DNA from: an uncultured Flavobacteriaceae bacterium
GTDB taxonomy: Bacteria > Bacteroidota > Bacteroidia > Flavobacteriales > Flavobacteriaceae
DNA length: 64,000 nt
NCBI GenBank assembly: GCA_964552195.1
Contig: CAZKFM010000001.1
Span: forward strand, 258,796 to 322,795
Direction: 5' to 3'
In this document: one piece after another, positions 19,494-31,275 of the stretch
How the letters are laid out: each line of letters begins with the position of its first letter
Position numbering within the stretch: the stretch's first letter is position 1
Made by a program: the position numbers and the translations under genes
The notes under the pieces: generated by a model
The model's input: the letters and a program-made list of their open reading frames with translations, nothing else
Told to the model about the DNA's origin: nothing
The model's database searches: none

Positions 19494-21341
19494 ATGTGTG
19501 GAATAGTTGGATATATCGGACACAGGGATGCCTATCCCATTTTGATTAAGGGCTTGCAACGCCTGGAATACAGGGGCTATGACAGTGCCGGAATCATGCT
19601 TTTTGAGGATAGTGAAATCGCCCTGACCAAGACAAAGGGAAAGGTGGAGGATTTGAAGAAGTTGTCCGATGAAAAGGGACATGTACATGGCACCCTGGGG
19701 ATCGGTCATACGCGCTGGGCAACCCACGGAGCGCCTAACGACATCAACGCGCATCCCCATATTTCCAATTCGGGTGACCTGGTCATGATTCACAACGGAA
19801 TCATTGAAAACTATGGGTCCATTCGACAGGCACTAACCAATCGCGGCTATACCTTTCAGTCCGAAACCGATACGGAGGTTTTGGTGAACCTGATCGAGGA
19901 GATCAAAAACAAGGAGGGGGTCAAGCTCGGCAAGGCCGTTCAGATTGCCCTTAACGAGGTGTACGGTGCCTATGCCATAGTGGTTTTCGACCGAAACAAG
20001 CCCGACGAACTGGTAGTGGCCAAATTGGGTAGTCCGTTGGCCATCGGAATAGGAGAGGAAGAGTACTTTGTGGCTTCCGATGCCTCTCCCTTTATCGAAT
20101 ACACCAACAATGCGGTTTATCTGGAAGACGGTGAAGTGGCCATTATCCGCCCGGGCAAAGAGATTAAGCTGCGCAAGGTGGAGAACGACGAGATCGCCTA
20201 TCCCGATATCCTGGAACTCAAGATGAGCCTGGAGGAAATCGAAAAGGGAGGCTACGATCACTTCATGCTCAAGGAGATTTATGAACAACCACGAGCCATA
20301 CAGGATACCTATAGGGGACGTCTGCAGGCCGATAAGGGTCTGATCAAGATGTCCGGGATAGACCAGAATTCTGAACGTTTTCTGGCCGCACCCCGTATAC
20401 TGATAGTGGCCTGCGGGACTTCCTGGCATGCCGGCCTGGTGGCCGAGTACATATTCGAGGATCTGGCGCGTATACCGGTTGAGGTGGAATACGCCTCTGA
20501 GTTCCGGTACCGGAATCCCGTGATAAATATAGACGACCTGGTGATTGCCATTTCCCAATCCGGAGAGACTGCAGATACTCTGGCCGCCATTAAACTGGCC
20601 AAGGAACGCGGAGCCTTCGTATTCGGGGTCTGTAATGTGGTGGGCTCTTCCATAGCACGGGAGACGCATGCGGGGGCCTATACCCATGCCGGACCCGAGA
20701 TCGGAGTTGCCTCGACCAAGGCATTCACCACACAAATCACTGTGCTGCTCATGATGGCTCTTAAGCTCGCTAAAGAAAAGGGGGTCTTTTCCGATTCCCG
20801 CTTCCATGAAATTCTTACCGAATTGGAGGGTATACCGGAGAAGGTCGAAAAAACCCTGGAATCCAACGATTTGGTTAGGGAAATCGCCGAAGTTTACAAG
20901 GACTCGGCCAATTGCCTGTATCTCGGAAGGGGCTACAACTTTCCTGTTGCCCTGGAGGGTGCTCTTAAACTAAAGGAAATCAGCTACATCCACGCCGAAG
21001 GCTATCCCGCCGCAGAGATGAAGCACGGGCCTATCGCCCTAATAGATGAGCAGATGCCCGTAGTGGTGATCGCCACCCGTAGGGGTCATTACGATAAAGT
21101 TGTTAGCAACATACAGGAGATCAAATCCCGTAAGGGTAAGATCATTGCCATCGTCACCGAAGGTGATATCACGGTCCGCGACCTGGCGGATCACGTTATC
21201 GAGATTCCGGAGGCCTCCGAATGCCTGACGCCCCTGCTCACGACCATTCCCCTTCAGCTCTTATCTTACCATATCGCACTGATGCGTGGCTGTAATGTGG
21301 ATCAGCCCAGGAACCTGGCCAAATCGGTTACGGTGGAGTAG
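19494..21341 (+). CDS. glmS: glutamine--fructose-6-phosphate aminotransferase
   Basis: MCGIVGYIG N-terminal nucleophile Cys, two SIS domains, and a C-terminal KSVTVE. Confidence 0.95.
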   Translation: MCGIVGYIGHRDAYPILIKGLQRLEYRGYDSAGIMLFEDSEIALTKTKGKVEDLKKLSDEKGHVHGTLGIGHTRWATHGAPNDINAHPHISNSGDLVMIHNGIIENYGSIRQALTNRGYTFQSETDTEVLVNLIEEIKNKEGVKLGKAVQIALNEVYGAYAIVVFDRNKPDELVVAKLGSPLAIGIGEEEYFVASDASPFIEYTNNAVYLEDGEVAIIRPGKEIKLRKVENDEIAYPDILELKMSLEEIEKGGYDHFMLKEIYEQPRAIQDTYRGRLQADKGLIKMSGIDQNSERFLAAPRILIVACGTSWHAGLVAEYIFEDLARIPVEVEYASEFRYRNPVINIDDLVIAISQSGETADTLAAIKLAKERGAFVFGVCNVVGSSIARETHAGAYTHAGPEIGVASTKAFTTQITVLLMMALKLAKEKGVFSDSRFHEILTELEGIPEKVEKTLESNDLVREIAEVYKDSANCLYLGRGYNFPVALEGALKLKEISYIHAEGYPAAEMKHGPIALIDEQMPVVVIATRRGHYDKVVSNIQEIKSRKGKIIAIVTEGDITVRDLADHVIEIPEASECLTPLLTTIPLQLLSYHIALMRGCNVDQPRNLAKSVTVE

Positions 21342-21582
21342 ACGGTTGTTTCGACCAACCTTCTCGAAATCGAGGGCTCACTTCTGAGTATAACTGTGGG
21401 GATATGGCCGTGTTTGGAAAGAATTCACTCTCCTGAAACGGGCACGAAAACGGAATCGCTAACGTTTTGTTAGAGAATTCTTTCGTAAGCGGTTTGCATT
21501 TTACGAAAACGTTATTTTCCTTCGTGTAGAAATACAGATTTACAGTATATTGCCCGATAAGCTAACTTAAACTAGTTCAACA

Positions 21583-24402
21583 ATGAAAAAACTAATTTTC
21601 AGTATGCTGGCCCTGCTCGCGACCATGGGCCTTTTTGCGCAAACCCAGATACAGGGTAAGGTAGTGGACCAGAATGGTCAGCCCGTTCCGGGAGCTAATC
21701 TTGCCGTAGTCGGGCTGGCCGAAGGAGCGGTGGCCGATTTCGATGGAAATTACGCCCTGAATACCAGTGCCGATCTGCCTTTCGACCTGATAGTTACCAG
21801 TATCGGTTATAAGGAGGTTCGGGTAACCATCACTTCCGCAGGAAGGCAGTCCGATATCGTCATGGAGGCGGCGAGCACCCAATTGGATGAAATCGTTATT
21901 TCGGCCTCCCGTACACCGGAACGTATATTTGAATCTCCGGTTTCCGTGGAGCGCTTTGGAATCAAGGACATACAAAACACCTCCGCAGCCACATTTTACG
22001 ACGGGCTGCAGAATCTGAAAGGGGTAGATATCAACACCAACTCCCTGACCTTCCAGTCGATCAATACCCGTGGATTCGCCACCTTCGCCAACGTGCGCTT
22101 CATGCAGCTGGTGGATGGAATGGACAACTCCGCGCCCGGTCTGAACTTCGTACTGGGTAACCTGGTCGGTGTTTCCCCTCTGGACCTGCAAAGCATCGAG
22201 ATCCTTCCCGGTGCCTCTTCCGCCCTTTACGGAGCGGGGGCCTTTAACGGTATCCTGTTTATGCAGAGCAAGAATCCTTTCGAAACCCCTGGTATCAGTG
22301 CTTACTACAAACGCGGCATAACCGAGCAGGAGGCCGCCGGTGTAAATGACTATTGGGACTTCGGTGTTCGTGCTGCCTATAAGTTCACCCCCTGGCTGGC
22401 CGCCAAGGCAAACATTTCGGTACTCAGGGGTGAGGACTGGCATGCCAATAATTTCATAGACGTGAATAATCCCGGAGCCGACCGCAGTAATCCGGCTTAT
22501 GATGGATTGAATATATATGGGGATGAGGTAGCCACCTTGCTGAACTTCGACCAGTTGGCAGGTCTTCCCAGCGGGACCCTGGGATCGGCAGTGGTCTCCC
22601 GTACCGGATATACCGAGCAGGAACTGGCGGATTACGGTGCACAGAGTCTGAAATCTGATTTTGCCGTGCACATCCGTCCCTTCGAGGACGATCTGGAGGT
22701 GATCTGGAACAGCCGCATCGGAAGCGGTACCACCATCTACCAGGGTGCGAACCGTTACTCTGTTACCGGGTTTACCCTGCAGCAACACAAGCTCGAAGTG
22801 CGCAACGACAACTTCTTTATACGCGGATATGTGGTTTCTGAGGATTCCGGAGATTCATACGACACGCGTTTCGCAGCGATCAATACCAACCGCCAGTGGA
22901 AAGGCGATGAGCAGTGGTTTACTCAGTATGCAGAGACTTATATCGGTGCCCGTCTGGGAATCGGATCCGGAGTCCTGGCCTCGGATGAACAGGCTCATGC
23001 CGCAGCCCGTGCGGTAGCAGACCAAGGGCGTCTCATACCAGGAACCCCCGAGTTCCAGCGTGCCTTTGACCGGGTGATTCAGGATGGTGACCTGACAACC
23101 GGAGCGAGGTTTATCGATAACACCAAGTTCCGGCACGTAAACGGAAATTACAATCTGGCTCACCTCATTGACGACTGGGCCGACATACAGGTTGGAGGAT
23201 CGTTCCGGGAGTATGTATTGAATTCTCAGGGCACCATATTTACTGATTTTGATGGCCCTATTACCTACAATGAATACGGAGCCTATGTACAGGGGCAGAA
23301 GAAGTTTGCCGACGATCGCGTGAAGCTTACCGCCTCCGTTCGCTACGACAAGAACCAGTTCTTTGACGGCTTTCTTTCCCCGCGTTTCGCCCTGGGTGTG
23401 ACCCTGGGTGAAAACCGTAACCACAACCTCCGTATCTCTGCTCAGCAGGGATTCAGAAACCCTACTACTCAGGACCTCTTTATCGGTCTGGATGTAGGAG
23501 CCGGTATCCTGGTAGGATCCGCACCGGATAACCTCGACAGGGACATCCGTAATTTTGGTCTTAATCCTACGGGTACAGGTTCCCTGCTTAATGGTGGAGC
23601 AACCAGCGTCGAGATTCGTGGTCGAGCCGCTTACGAGAACTCCTTTACAGCGGCTTCGGCTCAGGCATTTGCCGCCCAGGCTGCTCAGGGTAATTTCAAT
23701 CTCGCCCTGTTGGAAATTGCCAATCCTGACCTGATTCAGCCTGAGGAGATTACCACTTTTGAAGGGGGATACAGAGCCCAGCTGGGTGCCTTTACCATAG
23801 ATGCGAGCGCCTACTATAATATCTATAACAGCTTTGTTGTACTGGAAGATGTAGTAGTTCCTCTTTACGGAGACGTAAACCTGACTCAGACCATCCCAGG
23901 AACCCAGACCCCTTTGGCTGTAGCGGCATTGGGCAACGGCGACTTCCAGGGCTATCAGACCTACACCAATTTCGGTGAGGAGATCAAGTCTTACGGAGCC
24001 GTGGTTGGGGTAGATGTGGCCCTGCCGCATAATTTTAATTTCGGTGTGAATTACACATTCAATGAGTTGGATTTCGACCGGGCACGTTTCCCAGATTTCC
24101 AGACCAACTTCAACACTCCCGAGCACCGTGTTAAGGTGTCTCTGGGTAATGAGGAAATTGTGAAGAATGTCGGATTCCAGGTGAACTACCGATGGAGTGA
24201 CGAATACCTGTGGGAAGCCAGTTTTGCCACTGGTCGTATTCCATCCTTCTCGGTGCTGGACGCTCAGGCGAACTTCCGCATACCCAAGTACAAGGCAGCC
24301 CTTAAGGTGGGTGCCTCCAACCTGCTGAACGAAGAGTATGTAACCGCCTTCGGAACGGGTAATATTGGAAGGATTGTTTACGCCTCCCTGACCTTTAATT
24401 AG
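21583..24402 (+). CDS. TonB-dependent receptor (SusC/RagA-like, carboxypeptidase-regulatory-like N-domain)
   Basis: Signal peptide, CarbopepD_reg-like start (QIQGKVVDQNGQPVPGANLAV), plug motifs, 939 aa barrel, C-terminal F-x-N. Confidence 0.8.
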   Translation: MKKLIFSMLALLATMGLFAQTQIQGKVVDQNGQPVPGANLAVVGLAEGAVADFDGNYALNTSADLPFDLIVTSIGYKEVRVTITSAGRQSDIVMEAASTQLDEIVISASRTPERIFESPVSVERFGIKDIQNTSAATFYDGLQNLKGVDINTNSLTFQSINTRGFATFANVRFMQLVDGMDNSAPGLNFVLGNLVGVSPLDLQSIEILPGASSALYGAGAFNGILFMQSKNPFETPGISAYYKRGITEQEAAGVNDYWDFGVRAAYKFTPWLAAKANISVLRGEDWHANNFIDVNNPGADRSNPAYDGLNIYGDEVATLLNFDQLAGLPSGTLGSAVVSRTGYTEQELADYGAQSLKSDFAVHIRPFEDDLEVIWNSRIGSGTTIYQGANRYSVTGFTLQQHKLEVRNDNFFIRGYVVSEDSGDSYDTRFAAINTNRQWKGDEQWFTQYAETYIGARLGIGSGVLASDEQAHAAARAVADQGRLIPGTPEFQRAFDRVIQDGDLTTGARFIDNTKFRHVNGNYNLAHLIDDWADIQVGGSFREYVLNSQGTIFTDFDGPITYNEYGAYVQGQKKFADDRVKLTASVRYDKNQFFDGFLSPRFALGVTLGENRNHNLRISAQQGFRNPTTQDLFIGLDVGAGILVGSAPDNLDRDIRNFGLNPTGTGSLLNGGATSVEIRGRAAYENSFTAASAQAFAAQAAQGNFNLALLEIANPDLIQPEEITTFEGGYRAQLGAFTIDASAYYNIYNSFVVLEDVVVPLYGDVNLTQTIPGTQTPLAVAALGNGDFQGYQTYTNFGEEIKSYGAVVGVDVALPHNFNFGVNYTFNELDFDRARFPDFQTNFNTPEHRVKVSLGNEEIVKNVGFQVNYRWSDEYLWEASFATGRIPSFSVLDAQANFRIPKYKAALKVGASNLLNEEYVTAFGTGNIGRIVYASLTFN

Positions 24403-24426
24403 GCTTTATTTCAATAGTGATATATC

Positions 24427-24458
24427 AGCGGCCGCCATGAGCGGCCGCTTTCTTTTTG
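24427..24458 (+). terminator. rho-independent terminator after the TonB-dependent receptor
   Basis: agcggccgc-catga-gcggccgct perfect 9-bp GC-rich stem followed by TTTCTTTTT. Confidence 0.7.
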
Positions 24459-24551
24459 CCTTTTGAGACAAAAGTCAGAGCTAACCCTTTTCAATTTTGG
24501 TCGAAGTGTTTTTCCTATGGGGGGAACTTTCTATCTTTGCTGCCAATTTAG

Positions 24552-26108
<1,557 letters not shown>

Positions 26109-26127
26109 GGCCCCTGAAAGCACAGCT

Positions 26128-26406
26128 ATGTACTTAGAAATTGTCAGCCCTGAGGCGACCCTGTTCAAAGGAGAAGTAGAGGCAGTAACCGTGCCCGGGG
26201 TACTGGGTGAGTTCCAGATCCTCAACAACCACGCGCCTATTATTTCCCTGTTGACCGAAGGTGGAGTAAGAATCAAGGGCAGCGTAGAGCCCAGCGCGGA
26301 ATTTCAGGATCGCTTTCGCAAGGATGCCTCTGGAAAATTTGTGCTGGATATCCGAAGCGGAACGCTGGAATTCAAGGATAACCGCTTGGTGATACTGGCG
26401 GATTAG
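26128..26406 (+). CDS. atpC: F0F1 ATP synthase subunit epsilon
   Basis: 92 aa. MYLEIVSPEATLFKGEVEAVTVPGVLGEFQIL is a typical epsilon N-terminal beta-sandwich. Immediately follows atpD. Confidence 0.85.
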   Translation: MYLEIVSPEATLFKGEVEAVTVPGVLGEFQILNNHAPIISLLTEGGVRIKGSVEPSAEFQDRFRKDASGKFVLDIRSGTLEFKDNRLVILAD

Positions 26407-26461
26407 AACGATGGATTTCGGATCCTGCTAAACAGGGCCATCGCGCCCGAATACCTGGCGT

Positions 26462-27592
26462 ATGGATCTTCCGGATAATCTCAGAAATTTACTTCAGAAG
26501 CGAAAGGAAGAAGGAACCCTGCGAAAGCTAGAGTCCCCGGGGTCGTGGATAGCTGATTTTTCTACCAACGACTACCTGGGCCTGGCACGCCACCCGGTGA
26601 GAATTCTGCCATCTACCCCCCATTCGGGTTCTGGTGGATCGCGACTCCTCGGTGGAAACAGCAGGGAAATCGAACTTTTGGAACGTGAGCTCGCCCAGTA
26701 TTATGAGGCCCAGGCGAGTCTGGTCTTTAACTCGGGCTACGACGCTAATCTGGGCTGTCTTTCGAGCATTCCCCAGCGGGGAGATCTGGTCTTTTTCGAT
26801 GAGCTGTCACACGCTAGTATACGGGATGGTCTTTCGCTTTCCCGCGCCAAAACGGTCAAATTCGCACACAACAATCTGGACGATCTCAGGCAACGAATAC
26901 GCCGTACCCGGGATAAGGGCACTTTCGATCAGGTTTATGTGGTAACAGAATCGGTTTTCTCCATGGACGGTGATCGGCCCGACCTGAAAAGACTGTTGGA
27001 ACTCTGTACGGAACAGAATGCCCTTCTGATCCTGGACGAAGCTCACCGCTGGGACCTCCACGACCGGGCCGCTGAGCGTTTGGATTACCCCGGGCATCCC
27101 AATCTGTTCCTTCGACTGGTGACCTTCGGCAAGGCCCTTGGACTTCACGGTGCGGCAGTACTGTGCGGAAGGGATCTCAGGGAATACCTGATAAATTTTG
27201 CGCGCAGTTTTATCTACACTACGGCCTTACCCCCGGGCCTGTCAACCCAACTGAGTCAAATTCACCGGCTAGCCCGGGAAGGACAGCTTCAGCCTAGAAT
27301 TGAATCGCTGAGACGGGTTATTGCATTTTTTGGAGAGCAGGCCCGAAGGCGCGGACTGAGCGATCGAATTATCGAATCCCAATCGGCTATTCAAGGCCTG
27401 ATTATTGGCGATCTATCGCGTACCAGGGAACTCGCCGAACTCCTGAAGGAAAGGGGATATTTCCTTAAGCCGATCTACTCGCCTACCGTACCCGCAGGAA
27501 CCGAGCGCCTGCGCATTTGTTTGAATTCCTTGCATACTTTTGCAGAGTTGGAACGGCTGTTGGACATCACGGCCGAATACCTGTCGAAATGA
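26462..27592 (+). CDS. bioF: 8-amino-7-oxononanoate synthase
   Basis: PLP-dependent alpha-oxoamine synthase family: Lys motif TFGKALG and GxSRLLGGN. First gene of a coupled bio cluster. Confidence 0.8.
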   Translation: MDLPDNLRNLLQKRKEEGTLRKLESPGSWIADFSTNDYLGLARHPVRILPSTPHSGSGGSRLLGGNSREIELLERELAQYYEAQASLVFNSGYDANLGCLSSIPQRGDLVFFDELSHASIRDGLSLSRAKTVKFAHNNLDDLRQRIRRTRDKGTFDQVYVVTESVFSMDGDRPDLKRLLELCTEQNALLILDEAHRWDLHDRAAERLDYPGHPNLFLRLVTFGKALGLHGAAVLCGRDLREYLINFARSFIYTTALPPGLSTQLSQIHRLAREGQLQPRIESLRRVIAFFGEQARRRGLSDRIIESQSAIQGLIIGDLSRTRELAELLKERGYFLKPIYSPTVPAGTERLRICLNSLHTFAELERLLDITAEYLSK

Positions 27593-28215
27593 AGCTTTTT
27601 GTTACGGGCATTTCCACCGAGGTGGGAAAGACGGTCTGCAGTGCCATCCTTACGGAGGCTCTTTTTGCGGATTATTGGAAGCCGGTGCAGGCCGGGGATG
27701 TAGATTATGGAGATAAGGACCGAGTATCCGGCTGGATTTCGAACAACGCGAGCACCATTCATCCGAATTCCATTGCCCTGCGTTTTCCCATCAGCCCCCA
27801 TGCCTCGGCCGGCTTGCAGGGAGTCGAATGTCATCTCGGCCTGATTCGGGAGCCCGATGCCGCTAACCACCTGGTAATCGAAGGAGCCGGAGGCCTGCTC
27901 GTTCCGCTTAATGAACGCGAGACGATAGCGGATCTGATCCGTCCGGATTATCAGGTAGTATTGGTTTCCCGGCACTACCTGGGGAGCATTAATCATACCC
28001 TGCTCAGCATTAACCACCTGAAGGCATTGGGACATACTCCCTGGCTGGTCTATAGCGGTAACGAACATCCCTCTACCGAAGGAATCATAGCGGTGCATAC
28101 AGGAGTAACCGTTCTGGGAAGGATTGATGAGGAAATCGTTATCGACCGGGAAGTCGTCAAGAACTACGCGGAGCGGTGGAGGCCGCGACTGGAGGAGTTG
28201 ATGTCCACGCGATAA
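27588..28215 (+). CDS. bioD: dethiobiotin synthetase
   Basis: MKLFVTGISTEVGKTV P-loop at the N-terminus. The ATGA overlap with the bioF stop indicates translational coupling. Confidence 0.8.
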
Positions 28216-28232
28216 TCGGCAAGGAACCGCAC

Positions 28233-29519
28233 ATGAAAGAAACGCTGTTAAACAGGGACAGGGAGGTGCTCTGGCACCCGCTTACACAACATAAGACTCA
28301 CAAGGGGTTCGTCGCGCTGGAACGAGCCCAAGGTGCCCGGATGTGGGATACGGACGGGCGTATGTTTATCGATGGAATCTCTTCGTGGTATTGCGCGGTA
28401 TACGGTCACTGCCACCCTCGAATTCAGGAAGCTGTCCAGAAGCAGTCAAGTCAACTCGACCAGGTCGTATTCAGCAGTTTTACCCATGAGCCAGCGGTGC
28501 GCCTGGCCGAAGCGCTGATCGAGCTGCTGCCTGAAAATCAGGCCAAGGTTTTCTTCTCGGATAATGGCTCTACGGCAACCGAAGTCGCTATTAAACTCAG
28601 TCTGCAGTATCACTTCAATCAGGGGAGACGCAAATCTGTGCTCCTGGCCTTCGAGGACGGCTTTCACGGCGATACCTTCGGAGCCATGTCGGTCTCGGGC
28701 CTCTCGGTATACAACGGCCCCTTCGAAGACTTCTTCCTGAGGGTGGAACGCATTCCACTGCCTACTCCTGAAAACATAAATGATGTCCTTAGCACGCTCG
28801 AGGAAATACTGTCGACCGGAGAAGTTGCCGCATTCATTTACGAACCCGTTGTACAGGGTGCTGCCGGCATGAAAATGTATCAGGCCTCCCTGCTCGACCG
28901 CATTCTTAAAAAGGTTCATGCCCACGGTGCCCTGGCCATAGCCGACGAGGTCATGACGGGCTTTGGTAAGACGGGCGAACTCTTCGCCTCGAATTACCCC
29001 ATGGAGCAGCCCGACCTGATTTGCCTGTCCAAGGCTCTGTCTGCCGGTATGCTACCCCTGGCAGCTACTAGCTGTACTTCCGAAGTGTTTGCCGCATTTT
29101 ACGATGATTCCTTGTCGAGGGGTTTCTTCCACGGTCATACCTATACGGCCAATCCCGTTGCCTGTGCCGCCGCCCTTGCCGGTCTGGAACTTCTTGGATC
29201 CGGTGAGATACAGGAGGGCATCAGAAGAATAAGCCGGTCTCATGCCGAATTTCACCTGGAAATGGAGGAACATCCCCTGGTCCGTAACTCCCGCCATTTG
29301 GGTGTGATTTACGCCATGGAGTGCGCGGTGGACATGGAGCGCTATGGCCCCGTACGCGATAAGTTATATCAATACTTCATGGATAACGGGGCTTTTTTAC
29401 GACCCCTGGGGCCTACAGTCTACCTGCTGCCGCCTTATGTCACCACACCCGATGAGCTCGAAACACTCTACGGGGTAGTACGAGGTGCTCTCCAAATGCT
29501 ACAGGACGATGAGCTCTGA
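28233..29519 (+). CDS. bioA: adenosylmethionine--8-amino-7-oxononanoate transaminase
   Basis: Class-III aminotransferase motifs (WHPLTQ, ADEVMTGFGKTG). Confidence 0.85.
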   Translation: MKETLLNRDREVLWHPLTQHKTHKGFVALERAQGARMWDTDGRMFIDGISSWYCAVYGHCHPRIQEAVQKQSSQLDQVVFSSFTHEPAVRLAEALIELLPENQAKVFFSDNGSTATEVAIKLSLQYHFNQGRRKSVLLAFEDGFHGDTFGAMSVSGLSVYNGPFEDFFLRVERIPLPTPENINDVLSTLEEILSTGEVAAFIYEPVVQGAAGMKMYQASLLDRILKKVHAHGALAIADEVMTGFGKTGELFASNYPMEQPDLICLSKALSAGMLPLAATSCTSEVFAAFYDDSLSRGFFHGHTYTANPVACAAALAGLELLGSGEIQEGIRRISRSHAEFHLEMEEHPLVRNSRHLGVIYAMECAVDMERYGPVRDKLYQYFMDNGAFLRPLGPTVYLLPPYVTTPDELETLYGVVRGALQMLQDDEL

Positions 29520-30681
29520 GCCCATAGTTATCACGGGATTCGCTTCCATATCCCCCTTAGGGGAAGGGCTGGATGAAGCCTGGGAATCCTATGCTCTGGA
29601 CCGTCACTTCCTCAGGAACCAGCCGTACGGTGGTCAGCGCTACTGGGTGGGATCCCTTCCGGCTCATGTGCATTCCGCAGTGCAGTCCATAAGGGAGCGC
29701 GAACCGGATTACGCTGGCCTGGACGACACTGTACTGATGGCCATTTATACGGGCAGGAAGTTGCTCCCTGAACTCAGTGGATTTCGTCCCGGACGGGTGG
29801 GGATTAATCTGGGTTCTTCCCGAGGTGCCACGCGCCTCTTCGAGCAGTATCACACCGATTTTCTGGCGGGAGCACAACTATCCCCACAGGTGTCACCGGT
29901 CACTACTCTGGGAAACTTAAGCAGTTGGCTTGCCCACGATCTGGGTCTTCAGGGCCCCGCCATGAGTCACTCCATCACCTGTTCGACCGGATTGCACGCC
30001 GTACTTAATGCCGTTGCATGGATACGGTCGGGCCTTTCGGATGCCGTACTGGCCGGAGCCAGCGAGTCCCCGCTCACCGCTTTTACCCTGGCGCAGATGA
30101 AGGCATTGAAAATCTATACCTCCCTGGAGGGGGACTACCCCTGCCAGTCCCTGAACCTGGATAAAGACAGAAACACCATGGTGTTAGGCGAAGCCGCCTC
30201 CCTGGCACTGCTAACGAAAAGCAGAAGTCGGGATGCACTCGCGCGTATCGACGGACTGGGCTTTGCGACTGAGCCCCTTCAGCACGCGGTATCTCTTTCG
30301 TTGGATGCCATTTGTTTTCAACGCTCCATGGAAATGGCCCTGCAGGACGCGGGAATTGGTTCGGGGGAGATCGACGTGTTGGTGATGCACGCCCCGGGTA
30401 CCCGGCTCGGCGATCGGTCTGAGCACCAGGCGGCCAGGGAAGTATTTCGTAACAAGTTGCCGTTCCTGACTACTCATAAGTGGAAACTCGGTCACACCTT
30501 CGCAACTTCGGGTCTGCTTGGGATGGAGATGGCCCTGCTTATGCTCAGGCACCAGAAAACGATCCCGGTTCCCTTCACTCCCGAACAGCGACCTCCGGCC
30601 GGCATTCGAAGGGTCATGGTCAACGCGGTAGGATTCGGTGGAAATGCAGTGAGTCTTGTACTGAGTACACCGGATTTATAG
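29509..30681 (+). CDS. beta-ketoacyl synthase (FabF/FabB-like KAS, Cys-His-His) in bio operon
   Basis: Active-site Cys in SHSITCSTGL, His in HAPGT, His in KLGHTFATSG. The start overlaps the bioA stop by 11 nt. Confidence 0.75.
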   Translation: MSSEPIVITGFASISPLGEGLDEAWESYALDRHFLRNQPYGGQRYWVGSLPAHVHSAVQSIREREPDYAGLDDTVLMAIYTGRKLLPELSGFRPGRVGINLGSSRGATRLFEQYHTDFLAGAQLSPQVSPVTTLGNLSSWLAHDLGLQGPAMSHSITCSTGLHAVLNAVAWIRSGLSDAVLAGASESPLTAFTLAQMKALKIYTSLEGDYPCQSLNLDKDRNTMVLGEAASLALLTKSRSRDALARIDGLGFATEPLQHAVSLSLDAICFQRSMEMALQDAGIGSGEIDVLVMHAPGTRLGDRSEHQAAREVFRNKLPFLTTHKWKLGHTFATSGLLGMEMALLMLRHQKTIPVPFTPEQRPPAGIRRVMVNAVGFGGNAVSLVLSTPDL

Positions 30682-30699
30682 TAATTTTCAATAAAAATT

Positions 30700-31275
30700 A
30701 TGGACGGCTTCTTGGATTTGACATTGATCGAGCAGATCTACTGGACTGCTGCCATTGCCGGCACCCTCTTGCTCGGGATATTGCTGGTGATGACGTTGCT
30801 GGGAGGCGACATTGCCGATCCGGGAGATACGGACGCCACCATAGCCGCCGATACCGGCATAGATTTCCAGTTTCTTTCCTTTAAAAACCTGGTAGGGTTC
30901 TTTACCATATTCGGATGGTCGGGACTGGCCTGTCTGGATTCCGGCATGTCTACCGGTCTTACCGTGCTGATATCCGGGGTCTGCGGTGCCCTCATGATGC
31001 TGGTAATGGCATCATTGTTCTATTACCTGAGCCGGATGCAAAGCAGTGGCACCCTGAAATACCGCAATGCAGTGGGCCAGATCGGGGAGGTATATCTGAC
31101 CATAGGGGAGCAGCGCAGCAGCATAGGTAAGATCAGCATAGTGGTACAGGGCCGCCTTTTGGAGCTCGACGCCATTACGGATGAAATCGCGCCTCTGGTG
31201 CGCGGAAATATCATCAAGGTCAAGGAAGTGACCGAAAACGGCATTTTCATCGTTGAAAAATTAAAGCAGGAATAA
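30700..31275 (+). CDS. YqiJ/NfeD-like inner membrane protein (OB-fold C-terminus)
   Basis: Three N-terminal TM helices and a C-terminal beta-rich domain. Immediately upstream of, and abutting, the flotillin gene, as in the yqiJK pair. Confidence 0.5.
   Translation: MDGFLDLTLIEQIYWTAAIAGTLLLGILLVMTLLGGDIADPGDTDATIAADTGIDFQFLSFKNLVGFFTIFGWSGLACLDSGMSTGLTVLISGVCGALMMLVMASLFYYLSRMQSSGTLKYRNAVGQIGEVYLTIGEQRSSIGKISIVVQGRLLELDAITDEIAPLVRGNIIKVKEVTENGIFIVEKLKQE

Noticed and set aside
19833-20807. 324-aa minus-strand ORF inside glmS
   Set aside because: Antisense shadow of a highly conserved gene.
21342-21582. Possible cobalamin or other riboswitch in the 240-bp leader of the SusC-like TonB-dependent receptor
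   Set aside because: No B12 box, THI box or other recognisable aptamer consensus. Only an inverted repeat, which is reported separately.
21592-24126. Two long antisense ORFs (398 aa and 423 aa) on the minus strand inside the SusC-like TonB-dependent receptor gene
   Set aside because: They lie entirely within a gene with clear TonB-dependent receptor architecture. Their products are Gly/Arg/Val-rich and low-complexity, as expected from antisense reading of GC-rich third positions. No start context or homology.
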